From Clostridiaceae bacterium (lineage in GTDB: Bacteria; Bacillota; Clostridia; Saccharofermentanales; DTU023), in NCBI GenBank assembly GCA_012841015.1, contig DUVN01000006.1, positions 61,472 to 125,471 on the forward strand: DNA of 64,000 nt, written 5' to 3'. The position numbers and the translations under genes were made by a program. The notes under the pieces were generated by a model. The model searched no databases, had not been told where the DNA came from, and worked only from the letters and a program-made list of their open reading frames with translations. Shown piece by piece: positions 54,155 through 64,000 of this stretch; the first letter of the stretch is position 1; each line of letters begins with the position of its first letter.

Positions 54155-57052
54155 ATGAAATCTGAGATCGCCGTGTATGGAGCACGTGAACATAATTTAA
54201 AGAACATCGATGTAATGATTCCACGCAATAAGCTCGTCGTTCTGACGGGCATTTCTGGCTCGGGGAAATCATCGCTTGCTTTTGACACGATCTATGCCGA
54301 AGGACAGCGTCGATATGTTGAATCGCTCTCTTCGTATGCCCGTCAATTTCTTGGTCAATTGAAAAAACCTGATGTCGATCGCATTGAAGGCCTTTCACCT
54401 GCGATTGCAATCGATCAAAAGACGACGAGCAGAAACCCGCGTTCTACTGTCGGGACGACGACGGAAATTTATGATTTTCTTAGATTGCTCTATGCCAGAG
54501 TCGGCATACCGCACTGTCCGAAGTGCGGTAAAGTCATTGAACGCCAGACAATCGATCAGATGGTCGATGCGATCATGTCACGCCCAGATGGGACACGGAT
54601 TACGCTCATGGCGCCTGTCGTCCGAGATAGGAAAGGAGAACACGCCCGGCTTTTAGAGAGGCTCCAAGCGCAAGGTTTTGTCCGTGTACGCATTGATGGA
54701 GAACAGTTCGAATTGTCGCCTGACATCAAGCTCGAGTCTAATAAGAGGCATACGATAGAAGTTGTCGTCGATCGACTTGTTCGACGCGATGGCATCGAGA
54801 ACCGCCTTGCCGATTCACTTGAAACAGCAAGCGAGCTCGCCGACGACATTGTGATGGTGCGATTTGAGGAGCGTCGCACTGACGCTGACGTTACGGACGA
54901 AGCGCCTTTCGTGGTTAGTGAGGCGATCTTTTCGCAAAAACTTGCGTGTGCTGAGTGCGGGATCAGTCTTGGTGAGGTGTCGCCACGCATGTTTAGTTTT
55001 AATAATCCGTATGGCGCCTGTCCTGAATGTACAGGACTTGGCAGCCGGTCTTTCTTTGTGCCTGAGCTGATCGTTGAAGATCCGAACCTTTCATTGAATG
55101 ATGGGGCGATCAAGATTATGGGGTTCCACTTTACAGATCGGAATAGTTGGACGTATTGCCACGTAGAGGCATTGGCAGCGAAATACGGTTTCTCCCTCGA
55201 TACACCTTGGCATGAATTGTCCGATCGTATAAAACAGATCATTTTGTACGGGAATAACAAGGAGACGATTATCGTTGATACGAGTCGTACAAAATATGAT
55301 AAAGGTATGCCGTACCGGACGTCTTGGGATGGTGTGATCCCGACATTGGAGCGGCGTCAGGTTGAGACGAGTTCTTCTGATATGAAAGATTACTACGCTG
55401 GCTTTATGCTCGAAACACCCTGTCCTAGCTGTCACGGCGCGAGGTTACGTCCCGAAGTTCTTGCCTTTACGTGCGGCGGCAAGAACATCGATGAGGTGAC
55501 ACACTTGTCGATCGGGGAGGCTCACCAGTTTCTGACAACGATCAAATTTGACGGTAGTCAGGCAGATATTGCGCGACCAATTATGCAGGAACTCGGCGCA
55601 CGCTTGCAGTTTCTATTAGATGTTGGGCTCGATTATCTGACACTCTCACGGTCATCGGGTACGCTCTCAGGTGGTGAATCACAGCGTATCAGGCTCGCGA
55701 CACAGATCGGCTCAAGTCTGACCGGTGTCTTGTACGTACTCGATGAGCCGAGCATCGGTCTTCACCAAAGAGATAATGTGCGCCTTCTTGAAACGCTCAA
55801 ACATCTACGTGATCTTGGCAATACCGTTATCGTCGTGGAGCACGATGAGGAGACGATTTGGGAGGCTGATCACATCATCGATATTGGTCCTAGAGCAGGC
55901 GTACACGGCGGGCAAATTGTCGCTGAGGGGAGACCAGACGATATCGTCCATGTGGAAGAGTCGTTGACAGGTCAATACTTGTCAGGGCGAAAAATGATTC
56001 CCATCCCGAAGACGAGAAGGAAACAAGATAAAGGCTTTCTTACAATCTATGGGGCGCGCGAGAACAATCTAAAATCGATCAACGTCTCTATTCCCTTGGG
56101 AGTGATGACGTGCGTCACGGGCGTCTCAGGTTCTGGCAAAAGTTCACTCGTCAACAACATTTTACTCAAGAAACTTGAGGCAGAATTAAACCGCGCTCGG
56201 CGCGTTGCTGGACAATGCGACAGGATTGAAGGCTTTGAGAAACTCGACAAAGTCATCGCCATCGACCAATCGCCAATCGGTAGAACGCCGCGCTCAAACC
56301 CTGCTACGTACACAGGGACATTCGACCATATCAGGCGACTGTTCGCCGAGTTGCCAGCTGCGAAACAGCGCGGGTATAAAGCTGGCCGCTTTAGCTTCAA
56401 TGTCAAAGGCGGTCGGTGTGAGGCGTGTGCAGGAAACGGTGTCAATAAAATAGAGATGCACTTTCTGCCGGATGTTTTTGTCAAATGCGATGTCTGTCAA
56501 GGAAAGCGCTTTAATAGAGAGACGCTTGAAGTACGATACAAGGGTCTATCGATCAGCGATGTGCTTGATCTGACTGTCAGTGAGGCGCTGTCAGTCTTCG
56601 AGACGATGCCTGCGATTTATCGAAAACTTCAGACGTTGGAAGATGTTGGGCTAGGTTACATCAAGCTCGGCCAGCCTTCGACCGAATTGTCGGGCGGTGA
56701 GGCGCAACGCGTAAAACTTGCTTTCGAGTTGTCAAAAAAGAGTACAGGTAATACACTGTTGATCCTCGATGAACCGACGACGGGTCTTCATGCAGCAGAT
56801 GTACATCGCTTGACGGGTATTTTGCAGAGGCTTGTGTCTGCAGGCAATACAGTCGTCGTCATCGAACACAATCTTGATGTCATCAAACAGGCCGATTACA
56901 TCATCGATTTGGGGCCTGAGGGTGGTGAAGCTGGTGGTCGAGTTGTTGCCACAGGCACACCGGAGGAAGTGGCAGAATGTCCAGACTCGTACACAGGGCA
57001 TTATCTTAAGTTTATTCTTGACCGCGGATCGCGTTTAGAGTCGGCTATTTGA
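54155..57052 (+). CDS. uvrA: Excinuclease ABC subunit A
   Basis: GAREHNLKN, two GxSGSGKSS P-loops, Zn fingers, LSGGE and [11 protein letters not shown]. Confidence 0.98.
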   Translation: MKSEIAVYGAREHNLKNIDVMIPRNKLVVLTGISGSGKSSLAFDTIYAEGQRRYVESLSSYARQFLGQLKKPDVDRIEGLSPAIAIDQKTTSRNPRSTVGTTTEIYDFLRLLYARVGIPHCPKCGKVIERQTIDQMVDAIMSRPDGTRITLMAPVVRDRKGEHARLLERLQAQGFVRVRIDGEQFELSPDIKLESNKRHTIEVVVDRLVRRDGIENRLADSLETASELADDIVMVRFEERRTDADVTDEAPFVVSEAIFSQKLACAECGISLGEVSPRMFSFNNPYGACPECTGLGSRSFFVPELIVEDPNLSLNDGAIKIMGFHFTDRNSWTYCHVEALAAKYGFSLDTPWHELSDRIKQIILYGNNKETIIVDTSRTKYDKGMPYRTSWDGVIPTLERRQVETSSSDMKDYYAGFMLETPCPSCHGARLRPEVLAFTCGGKNIDEVTHLSIGEAHQFLTTIKFDGSQADIARPIMQELGARLQFLLDVGLDYLTLSRSSGTLSGGESQRIRLATQIGSSLTGVLYVLDEPSIGLHQRDNVRLLETLKHLRDLGNTVIVVEHDEETIWEADHIIDIGPRAGVHGGQIVAEGRPDDIVHVEESLTGQYLSGRKMIPIPKTRRKQDKGFLTIYGARENNLKSINVSIPLGVMTCVTGVSGSGKSSLVNNILLKKLEAELNRARRVAGQCDRIEGFEKLDKVIAIDQSPIGRTPRSNPATYTGTFDHIRRLFAELPAAKQRGYKAGRFSFNVKGGRCEACAGNGVNKIEMHFLPDVFVKCDVCQGKRFNRETLEVRYKGLSISDVLDLTVSEALSVFETMPAIYRKLQTLEDVGLGYIKLGQPSTELSGGEAQRVKLAFELSKKSTGNTLLILDEPTTGLHAADVHRLTGILQRLVSAGNTVVVIEHNLDVIKQADYIIDLGPEGGEAGGRVVATGTPEEVAECPDSYTGHYLKFILDRGSRLESAI

Positions 57053-57062
57053 GTGCTGGCGC

Positions 57063-57092
57063 TTGTCATAAAAGCAGTACTTCACCTATTAT
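57063..57092 (+). promoter_or_regulatory. Putative promoter of the Clp ATPase, -10 embedded in an inverted repeat
   Basis: TTGTCA-18 bp-TATTAT. CTTCACCT...AGGTGGAG inverted repeat at 57080-57103. Confidence 0.5.
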
Positions 57093-57123
57093 GTAAGGTG
57101 GAGATTGAGATAGGACGGAAGAA

Positions 57124-59616
57124 ATGAGCAAGTGTTCCATTTGTCATAAAAATGAAGCTGTTGTTTTTACAACGAGAATTGAAGACGGCGAGTCGCGCAT
57201 GCAGGGAATTTGTCTTAAGTGTGCTTATGAATCTGATCTTCCTGGGATCGACCAGCTCTTTACGCGCGCGGGGATCAATGAGGACAACATCGACGAAATC
57301 ACGGCGCGCATGAACGAAGTCCTAGCCGGTATTTCTGCACAAAACCCAGAGGATCTTCTGAAAGCTCTCCTCTCGGGAGAAGTACCAGGGGCGATGCCTT
57401 TTGCAGGAGCAGATGCCGGTCTTTTCGGCTCGAATAGTGACCGTTCCGATGAGGATGTGGAGAAAGACGACGAAACAGAGGATCGTCACAAGTCTCGTCC
57501 TTCGCTCCGTCCTCATGCCTCAATTGGTGAGCTTATGCCTGCGAATGTTGGCGGCGAATCGGATGATCTTACAGGATACCGTAAAACGGCCAGAGATAAG
57601 AAAAAGGCGAAAGGTAAGCGCGAGCGCCGACTCAAATTTCTCGAGCAATTTGCGATCAACTTGACGGAGGAGGCAGCGGCCGGTCGGATCGATCGCATCA
57701 TCGGCCGCGATGAAGAGCTGTCGCGCACGATTCAGATTCTCAACCGCCGAACAAAAAATAATCCTGCTTTGATCGGTGAAGCCGGTGTTGGCAAAACGGC
57801 GATCGCCGAGGGTCTTGCTGTCAGAATCCATGAGGGCAAGGTTCCAGCCAAATTGCTCGGCCAAGAGCTCTATCTGCTCGATATGACGGCGATGGTAGCA
57901 GGCACGCAATTTCGAGGGCAATTTGAGAGCCGCATGAAAGGTGTCGTCGATGACGCGCGACGCGCAGGAAATGTGATCCTCGTTATTGACGAGCTCCACA
58001 ATATCATGGGAGCTGGAGACGCTGAAGGCGCGATGAATGCAGCGAATATTCTCAAGCCTGCGCTGGCGCGCGGTGAAATTAAAGTGATCGGATCGACGAC
58101 CCTAGACGAATATCGCCGCTTCATCGAGAAAGATTCTGCTCTCGAGCGCCGATTCCAGAAAGTTATGATCGAGGAGCCGTCGCCGGAGGATACATTGCAG
58201 ATTCTTATCGGCGTCAAAGATTATTACGAGAAGCATCACCATGTCATCTACCCGACGCCTGTTCTTGAGACGGCCGTTCGTCTCTCCGGTCGCTACATCA
58301 TGGACCGGTATCAGCCCGACAAGTCGATTGACTTGATTGACGAGGCGGGATCGCGCCAGAATCTCGATTCGACCTGTTTGACCGAATTAAAAAACCTCCA
58401 CGACCGTCGTTTGGAGCTTGAGGAGTGGCAGAACGATAACGAAAAAGAGATCGCGGAGCTCTCATCACAGGAAGACGCGTTGCCGCTTTATGAGATTCAG
58501 GCGAATATCCGATCGGAGCTGATGCGCGTTCTCGATGACATTGCAAAAGTCGAAAAAGTATGCCAGCCAGTCGTCATGACAGATCAAGACATCGCTGGAG
58601 TCGTTGAGATGTGGACTGGTATCCCTGTTCAGCGACTGACAGAATCAGAAACTGAGCGCCTTCTCAATCTCGAGGAGAAACTCCATGAACGCGTGATTGG
58701 TCAAGACGAAGCCATCTGTGCGCTCGCTCGTGCTGTCAGGCGTTCGAGGGCTGGGTTCTCTCAGAAGGATAAGCCAGCCTCCTTCCTTTTTGTGGGACCG
58801 ACAGGTGTCGGTAAAACTGAATTGGTGAAGACGTTGGCAGAAGTCATGTTTGACTCTGAAGACAACTTGATTCGCCTCGACATGTCGGAGTTTATGGAGG
58901 CACATACAGTCAGCAAGCTCATCGGTTCGCCTCCGGGATACATCGGCTACGATGAGGGAGGGCAACTGACAGAAAAAATTAGGCGCAGACCTTACAGTGT
59001 TGTCCTTTTCGACGAGATCGAAAAGGCGCACGCCGATGTGTACAATATGCTGCTGCAAATCCTAGACGACGGCCGTTTGACCGACAGCCATGGGCGTGTT
59101 GTCAGTTTTAAAAACGCCATTATTGTGATGACATCGAACGCTGGTACCACGCTAAAATCGCACGGCATCGGCTTCGGTTCTCACGGTCACCAAGCGATGG
59201 AGGAACGTGTCGATACAGTTTTGAAAGAGCTTTTCAGGCCTGAATTCCTCAACAGGATCGATGAGATCATTGTTTTCCACGAGTTATCGAGAGAAGAGAT
59301 CAGAGCGATTGTCGATCTAATGTTAAAAGAGCCTGAGCGAGACCTCGACAGGCGCGGCATTATACTCCATGTCACAGATGCTGCGCGCGATGCGCTGGCA
59401 CGAGATGGGTATGATCCGAGTTTCGGTGCCAGACCCTTGAGAAGACTGATTCAACGGCGAATAGAGGACACATTATCCGATTTATGGTTGTCAAGAGCAA
59501 TCGCCGACGCGAAGACGATAACGGTTGATGTTGAAAAAGAGGGGAGCGAGCTGTTAAAGCGTGAAGGGAACCGGATGACGGATAGTAGCGGTTGTTATGT
59601 TTTTACTTGGGAATAG
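57124..59616 (+). CDS. Class 1 Clp/Hsp100 ATPase with N-terminal C4 zinc finger (ClpE/ClpC-like)
   Basis: CSIC...CLKC N-terminus, [25 protein letters not shown] ClpP-docking loop (HGIGFG) and GARPLRR. Confidence 0.93.
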   Translation: MSKCSICHKNEAVVFTTRIEDGESRMQGICLKCAYESDLPGIDQLFTRAGINEDNIDEITARMNEVLAGISAQNPEDLLKALLSGEVPGAMPFAGADAGLFGSNSDRSDEDVEKDDETEDRHKSRPSLRPHASIGELMPANVGGESDDLTGYRKTARDKKKAKGKRERRLKFLEQFAINLTEEAAAGRIDRIIGRDEELSRTIQILNRRTKNNPALIGEAGVGKTAIAEGLAVRIHEGKVPAKLLGQELYLLDMTAMVAGTQFRGQFESRMKGVVDDARRAGNVILVIDELHNIMGAGDAEGAMNAANILKPALARGEIKVIGSTTLDEYRRFIEKDSALERRFQKVMIEEPSPEDTLQILIGVKDYYEKHHHVIYPTPVLETAVRLSGRYIMDRYQPDKSIDLIDEAGSRQNLDSTCLTELKNLHDRRLELEEWQNDNEKEIAELSSQEDALPLYEIQANIRSELMRVLDDIAKVEKVCQPVVMTDQDIAGVVEMWTGIPVQRLTESETERLLNLEEKLHERVIGQDEAICALARAVRRSRAGFSQKDKPASFLFVGPTGVGKTELVKTLAEVMFDSEDNLIRLDMSEFMEAHTVSKLIGSPPGYIGYDEGGQLTEKIRRRPYSVVLFDEIEKAHADVYNMLLQILDDGRLTDSHGRVVSFKNAIIVMTSNAGTTLKSHGIGFGSHGHQAMEERVDTVLKELFRPEFLNRIDEIIVFHELSREEIRAIVDLMLKEPERDLDRRGIILHVTDAARDALARDGYDPSFGARPLRRLIQRRIEDTLSDLWLSRAIADAKTITVDVEKEGSELLKREGNRMTDSSGCYVFTWE

Positions 59617-59631
59617 AAAACGAGGGAATGT

Positions 59632-60663
59632 ATGGACGATGTGATCGCATTTGATCGCAGTCTCTTCAAAAGAAATGCAAAGGTTAACCTAAAGGGAAAA
59701 TACGGATCAGCTGTATTGATCGTTTTTTTGGCGCAGATTTTCTCACAATTTCTCGTTCGCATGACGACCTATATCAGTGGTTTTTTTACTACGATCAACA
59801 CATTGAATGTAGGACTGCTATTTGACGTTTCGGATGTCAATCTTTCCGATATTCTCTATGACGTTTTTAGAGAATTGTATGAGTTGTTCTACGCGAACCG
59901 TCTTCTGTTCATCATACTGATTCTAGTGAACGCGGTTGTTACGGTATGTAGCGCACTTTTGATCGGCAACTTAATCAGAATTGGGATGAAACGTTGGTTT
60001 TTACGTACTTCTAATCCTCACCAAAATGCTACCACCATTATGGCGCCTCTGTTTTCGTCCTATCGGTACGGTCGATTTTTATCGACGTTTAGGGGCACTG
60101 CATGGAAATCGTTGTGGCTCATTGTGTGGTCTCTTCCCGTTATCGTATTGAATATTCTTTTCATCGTTCCTGCTCTCCAGCTTATCGATACGTTAGTGAG
60201 GATAGGATCCGATCTATCGACGTTCGATTTGCTCGAGCGCACGCAATTGACGTATGGATTACCGAGCTTTTTCTATTCGCCAGCCTTTTTCATCGTAGTT
60301 GGTATCGTGATCTTTGTGTTGTCCATCGTGCTGCTCTTTAAAAGTTACCAGTATAAAATGACTGATTACATACTGGCAGATAATCCTTTTATTGGCGCGC
60401 GTCGTGCTCTTACGATTTCTAAACAGATGTCGAAAGGCTCTCTTTGGAGATTTTTCGTCATCGACTTATCGTTTGCCGGCTGGTTTTTGCTCGCTGTGAT
60501 GTGTATCTGCCTAGCGGGTATAGGTGTCTTGTTTCTATTACCGTACCACGAGGCAACGTGGGTTGAAGTCTACAAAAATCGCCGTGACAACATGGTTGCC
60601 CGTCGAGAGTTGTCGATGGAAGAACTTGGTTATGTGAGGCAGTTGACAGGAGATAACGGATGA
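59632..60663 (+). CDS. DUF975 family membrane protein
   Basis: LWSL, YKMTDYILADNP..GA..AL..SK.M.KG..WR.F..DLSF.GW and PY motifs. Confidence 0.85.
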   Translation: MDDVIAFDRSLFKRNAKVNLKGKYGSAVLIVFLAQIFSQFLVRMTTYISGFFTTINTLNVGLLFDVSDVNLSDILYDVFRELYELFYANRLLFIILILVNAVVTVCSALLIGNLIRIGMKRWFLRTSNPHQNATTIMAPLFSSYRYGRFLSTFRGTAWKSLWLIVWSLPVIVLNILFIVPALQLIDTLVRIGSDLSTFDLLERTQLTYGLPSFFYSPAFFIVVGIVIFVLSIVLLFKSYQYKMTDYILADNPFIGARRALTISKQMSKGSLWRFFVIDLSFAGWFLLAVMCICLAGIGVLFLLPYHEATWVEVYKNRRDNMVARRELSMEELGYVRQLTGDNG

Positions 60664-61034
60664 CACCTGCAGAGGTTACCCGTTTTCTATACATCTTGGG
60701 CGGTGCCTTGGTGGGACTCGCGCTTTTGGCTGTTGTGCTGACAGTCGTTCGCCGTTCTCTCGAAAAACGCGTTCGAGTGTTGGTAGCACAAAATAGAAAT
60801 AGTCTTGTCGGCAAACGGGCGCTCGTCGTGAGTGTGATTCGTCCATTACGGCTGGGCAGTATTCGACCGCTCGGGACGCCAAGTGAAGAAGCTGATCGTG
60901 CGTTAGCACGACGCAAGAAGAATCAGTTGCATGATGTTGTCTATCCCGCGACATCAGATGAGCTTATCTCGAAAGGGCGCGTCGTGCGCGTCACAGGGGG
61001 AGATGCGAATCGATACATTGTCAGATCTTTGTAG
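60660..61034 (+). CDS. Small membrane protein with NfeD-like C-terminal OB fold
   Basis: TM, then LVGKRALV...IRP...G.I...YPATS...I.KG..VRV.G.....YIV. Confidence 0.6.
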   Translation: MTPAEVTRFLYILGGALVGLALLAVVLTVVRRSLEKRVRVLVAQNRNSLVGKRALVVSVIRPLRLGSIRPLGTPSEEADRALARRKKNQLHDVVYPATSDELISKGRVVRVTGGDANRYIVRSL

Positions 61035-61099
61035 GTGACGGGGGGAGATATAGACAAACAGGCTCTGTTTGAGTCATTCAAAAAAAAGAGGAAGAGGTT

Positions 61100-62464
61100 A
61101 TGGTTTTAGTTAACGTAAAAGATCAACTGACAAATAATTTTATCGCGCAACATGAGCGCGAACAGATGGAACACCAGCTTGCGGCTGCGCGCGATCTGCT
61201 CGATAAACGCGTATGTCCTGGCGCCGAATACACAGGATGGATCGATTTGCCTGAGACATTTTCAGAGGATACAATCGAACGTATCGAGGCGACAGCCGAA
61301 CGCATTCGCCGCGATTTTGATGTTTTGATCGTAGTAGGGATCGGTGGCTCTTATCTCGGCGCGCGAGCCGTGATCGAAGCACTTTCACATCATTTTTCTT
61401 CGTTATTGCCTGATGAGAAGAGAGGCTGTCCTCTCGTTCTCTATGCAGGCCACCAGTTGAGCGCTGACTATCTTTTTGACTTGCTTGAAGTCGTCAAAGG
61501 AAAGCGTGTTGCGCTCAACGTCATATCAAAATCGGGCACGACGACTGAGTCGGCGATTGCTTTTCGTGTTCTTCGCGACCATCTCTTCCGTTACGCTTCG
61601 CGTGAAGAACTCGCTCAACGCATCGTGATTACGACTGATGAAAAGCGTGGCGCCCTCCGTCGTTATGCTGATGAGATGGGGATCACGACTTTTGTCATCC
61701 CTGATGATATTGGAGGTCGTTATTCTGTTTTGACGCCTGTGGGGCTTTTGCCAATCGCTGTTGCAGGTCTTGATATCCGTCAACTGCTAGAAGGTGCACG
61801 TAGAGAGCGTAAAAGCTCGATTGCGCCACTTTCAGAGGGTCTTTCGGCGGCTGATCGATACGCTGTCAACCGTTTACTCCTCATGCGAAAGGGCTATAAG
61901 GCTGAGATTCTCGCTTGCTACGAACCATCGATGCGCTATTTTGCCGAATGGTGGAAGCAGCTGTTTGCTGAAAGTGAGGGCAAGGATGGTAAAGGCTTGA
62001 TTACGATGAGCGTAGACTTTACGTCTGACCTTCATTCTCTCGGACAGCTTATCCAGGAAGGACCGCGCGTGTTTTTTGAGACGGTGATCGAATTTAAGAA
62101 TGTCAGAAACGATATCGCAATCCCTAGCGATCCCTCCGATCTTGATCAACTTGAATACCTTGCAGGCAAGCCGATGAGTTTTGTCAACCGCCAAGCTAGG
62201 AGAGGCACGGCGTTGGCGCACGTTTCAGGCGGTGTGCCGAATATGTGTATTGAACTTAAAGACCGCTCTTTACATTCGCTCGGTGCCTTAATCTATTTCT
62301 TTGAAAGAGCTTGTGCCCTTTCCGGCATTATGAACGGTATCAATCCCTTTGATCAACCGGGCGTTGAAGCCTACAAGCGAAATATGTTTGCACTTCTAGG
62401 TAAACCAGGGTTTGAGGCATTGCGCGAACAGCTACTTCGTACTTCTGCAGAAGAGGGAGATTGA
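61100..62464 (+). CDS. pgi: Glucose-6-phosphate isomerase
   Basis: GIGGSYLG, SKSGTTTE, GGRYSVL, QLFAESEGK, DLHSLGQ and FDQPGVEAYK. Confidence 0.98.
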   Translation: MVLVNVKDQLTNNFIAQHEREQMEHQLAAARDLLDKRVCPGAEYTGWIDLPETFSEDTIERIEATAERIRRDFDVLIVVGIGGSYLGARAVIEALSHHFSSLLPDEKRGCPLVLYAGHQLSADYLFDLLEVVKGKRVALNVISKSGTTTESAIAFRVLRDHLFRYASREELAQRIVITTDEKRGALRRYADEMGITTFVIPDDIGGRYSVLTPVGLLPIAVAGLDIRQLLEGARRERKSSIAPLSEGLSAADRYAVNRLLLMRKGYKAEILACYEPSMRYFAEWWKQLFAESEGKDGKGLITMSVDFTSDLHSLGQLIQEGPRVFFETVIEFKNVRNDIAIPSDPSDLDQLEYLAGKPMSFVNRQARRGTALAHVSGGVPNMCIELKDRSLHSLGALIYFFERACALSGIMNGINPFDQPGVEAYKRNMFALLGKPGFEALREQLLRTSAEEGD

Positions 62465-62473
62465 TTCTCGGGG

Positions 62474-64000
62474 ATGGAGAGATTCGATTCGCCGTTTTAT
62501 CGCTCGATGTTGCGATCAGTCACGAAACCTGCGCGCTATGTTGGAGGGGAACTTCACGCAGTCGATAAGAGTCATGCATTCTTTTCACTCTGTCAAGAGG
62601 AACGCGTCCATTTTGCGCTTTCTTTTCCTGACCTCTATGAGATTGCCATGTCGAATTTGGCGATCCAGATTCTCTATTCTGCTCTTAACAGCGATGAGTA
62701 CGTGTTTTGCGAGCGTTGTTTTGCTCCAGACGTCGATCTTCGTGCCTTCCTTAAAGAACGTAATCTGCCACTCGTATCGATCGAGACGATGACGCCACTG
62801 TCTAATTTCGATATAGTTGGCTTTTCTCTTCATTATGAGCTGGCTTATACGGCCGTTCTTGAGATGCTCGATCTAGGCGGGATCCCTCTTCGCGCAGCTG
62901 AACGTAGCGATAGCGATCCTCTCATCATCGCAGGTGGCCCGATCGCCTGTAATTTAGAACCGATGGCGCCTTTTTTTGATCTTGTATTGCTAGGAGACGG
63001 TGAGTTTCAACTCCCCATGCTCGTCAATGAATATAAAAAGCACAAGGCTTCAAAATCTTCCAAAGTCGATTTCCTCCGACACGTTTGCTGCATGGACGGT
63101 GTCTACATCCCGTCCTTTTATGAGCCTCACTATCATGAAGACGGACAGCTCAAAGCGATCAAGGTCATAGACCCGTATGCGCCTCAAAGCGTGCGCAAGG
63201 CGTTGGTGCGAGATCTGGACAGTGCGCCTGTCCCGCACCAACCGATTGTGCCTAACATGGAGGTGACACATGACCGCATGATCCTTGAGATTTTTCGCGG
63301 GTGTGCTCGTGGGTGTCGGTTCTGTCAGGCGGGCTTTACGTATCGACCATTGCGTGAACGTTCTCCCAAGACATTGATCGAGGCTGCGCAACGGCTCATT
63401 GACAGCTCAGGGTGTGATGAGATTGGGTTGTTGTCACTTTCGACATCTGACTACTCACAACTTGATCACCTCACACGCACTTTGCTCCCGATAGCTGAGC
63501 CGCGCCACATTAATTTGTCACTTCCGTCTTTGCGTCTTGACTCTTTTGATTTTGAGCTCGCTGAACGTCTCGCAAGGACAAGACGGGGCGGGCTGACATT
63601 TGCCCCGGAGGCTGGTACACAACGACTTCGCGACGTCATCAACAAGAACATTACTGAGGACGATTTGTTTGATGCCGCTCGTACGGCGTTTGAGAACGGG
63701 TGGGATCGGCTAAAGCTCTATTTTATGCTCGGTTTGCCGACAGAGACTGATGATGACGTTGAAGGGATCATCGATTTGACAATGAGACTTCTTGCAATCT
63801 GGCACGATATACCGAAAGATGTGCGTGCTAAACGTTTGTCGGTAACGGTCAGCACGTCGTTTTTTATCCCCAAGCCATTCACCCCTTTCCAGTGGGAACG
63901 CCAGATATCGATCAACGAAATGCGCAGAAAGCAAAAACAACTGGCCGACGGGTTAAGAGATCGGCGCATCTCCTACCACTGGCACGACTTTGAAAGCTCA
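62474..64000 (+). CDS. TIGR03960-like B12-binding radical SAM protein (3' end beyond window)
   Basis: Translated by hand from ATG 62474: MERFDSPFYRSMLRSVTKPARYVGGE...FPDLYEIAMS; in-frame EIFRGCARGCRFCQAG (CxxxCxxC, ~63287-63334), FAPEAGTQRLR and KLYFMLGLP. Missing from the ORF track, consistent with its stop lying beyond the window. Confidence 0.92.
   Translation, partial: MERFDSPFYRSMLRSVTKPARYVGGELHAVDKSHAFFSLCQEERVHFALSFPDLYEIAMSNLAIQILYSALNSDEYVFCERCFAPDVDLRAFLKERNLPLVSIETMTPLSNFDIVGFSLHYELAYTAVLEMLDLGGIPLRAAERSDSDPLIIAGGPIACNLEPMAPFFDLVLLGDGEFQLPMLVNEYKKHKASKSSKVDFLRHVCCMDGVYIPSFYEPHYHEDGQLKAIKVIDPYAPQSVRKALVRDLDSAPVPHQPIVPNMEVTHDRMILEIFRGCARGCRFCQAGFTYRPLRERSPKTLIEAAQRLIDSSGCDEIGLLSLSTSDYSQLDHLTRTLLPIAEPRHINLSLPSLRLDSFDFELAERLARTRRGGLTFAPEAGTQRLRDVINKNITEDDLFDAARTAFENGWDRLKLYFMLGLPTETDDDVEGIIDLTMRLLAIWHDIPKDVRAKRLSVTVSTSFFIPKPFTPFQWERQISINEMRRKQKQLADGLRDRRISYHWHDFESS

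Noticed and set aside
53925-55435. Antisense and alternative-frame ORFs around uvrA (e.g. 53980..54288, 54556..55260), and similar shadows over other core genes
   Set aside because: They lie opposite or within well-conserved genes, lack SDs or domains, and are expected from codon bias.

Overview
Core-chromosome window from a Clostridia-like firmicute, by eye about 50% GC in coding DNA. It is probably non-sporulating, because the spoIIIA, spoIVB/spo0A and yqfCD genes are missing from their usual positions. Housekeeping content includes 4 tRNAs (Gly-TCC, Arg-TCT, Glu-CTC, Leu-CAG), a topo IV-like parE/parC pair, lysC-yqeG, the efp-asp23-amaP-nusB-xseAB-ispA-dxs-nadK-argR-recN run, hutH plus a cyclodeaminase, rny, lspA/rluD, phoH-pgpH-[ybeY::era fusion]-recO, sdaAB/AA, murD, feoAB, uvrA, a Zn-finger Clp ATPase, pgi and a radical SAM gene truncated by the window edge. 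The most striking locus is 39.8-46.0 kb. There, LicC-like and LicA-like CDP-choline (or CDP-ethanolamine) synthesis genes sit with a YidC insertase fused to a TagF-like CDP-alcohol phosphotransferase. Next comes a membrane Thr-nucleophile phosphotransferase (alkaline-phosphatase superfamily) whose predicted mature N-terminus is a YIDP motif. No LicB or LicD is present, so this is a candidate undescribed surface phosphocholine-transfer system. Other oddities are a 113/114-bp palindromic tandem repeat, an unannotated 35-aa membrane microprotein, a kinase-TM-LRR receptor with a beta3 K->R change, several leaderless-type starts and a likely non-AUG start for RNase Y. No cas genes, integrase or transposase were seen. 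All family calls come from motif recognition by eye; no database searches were run.
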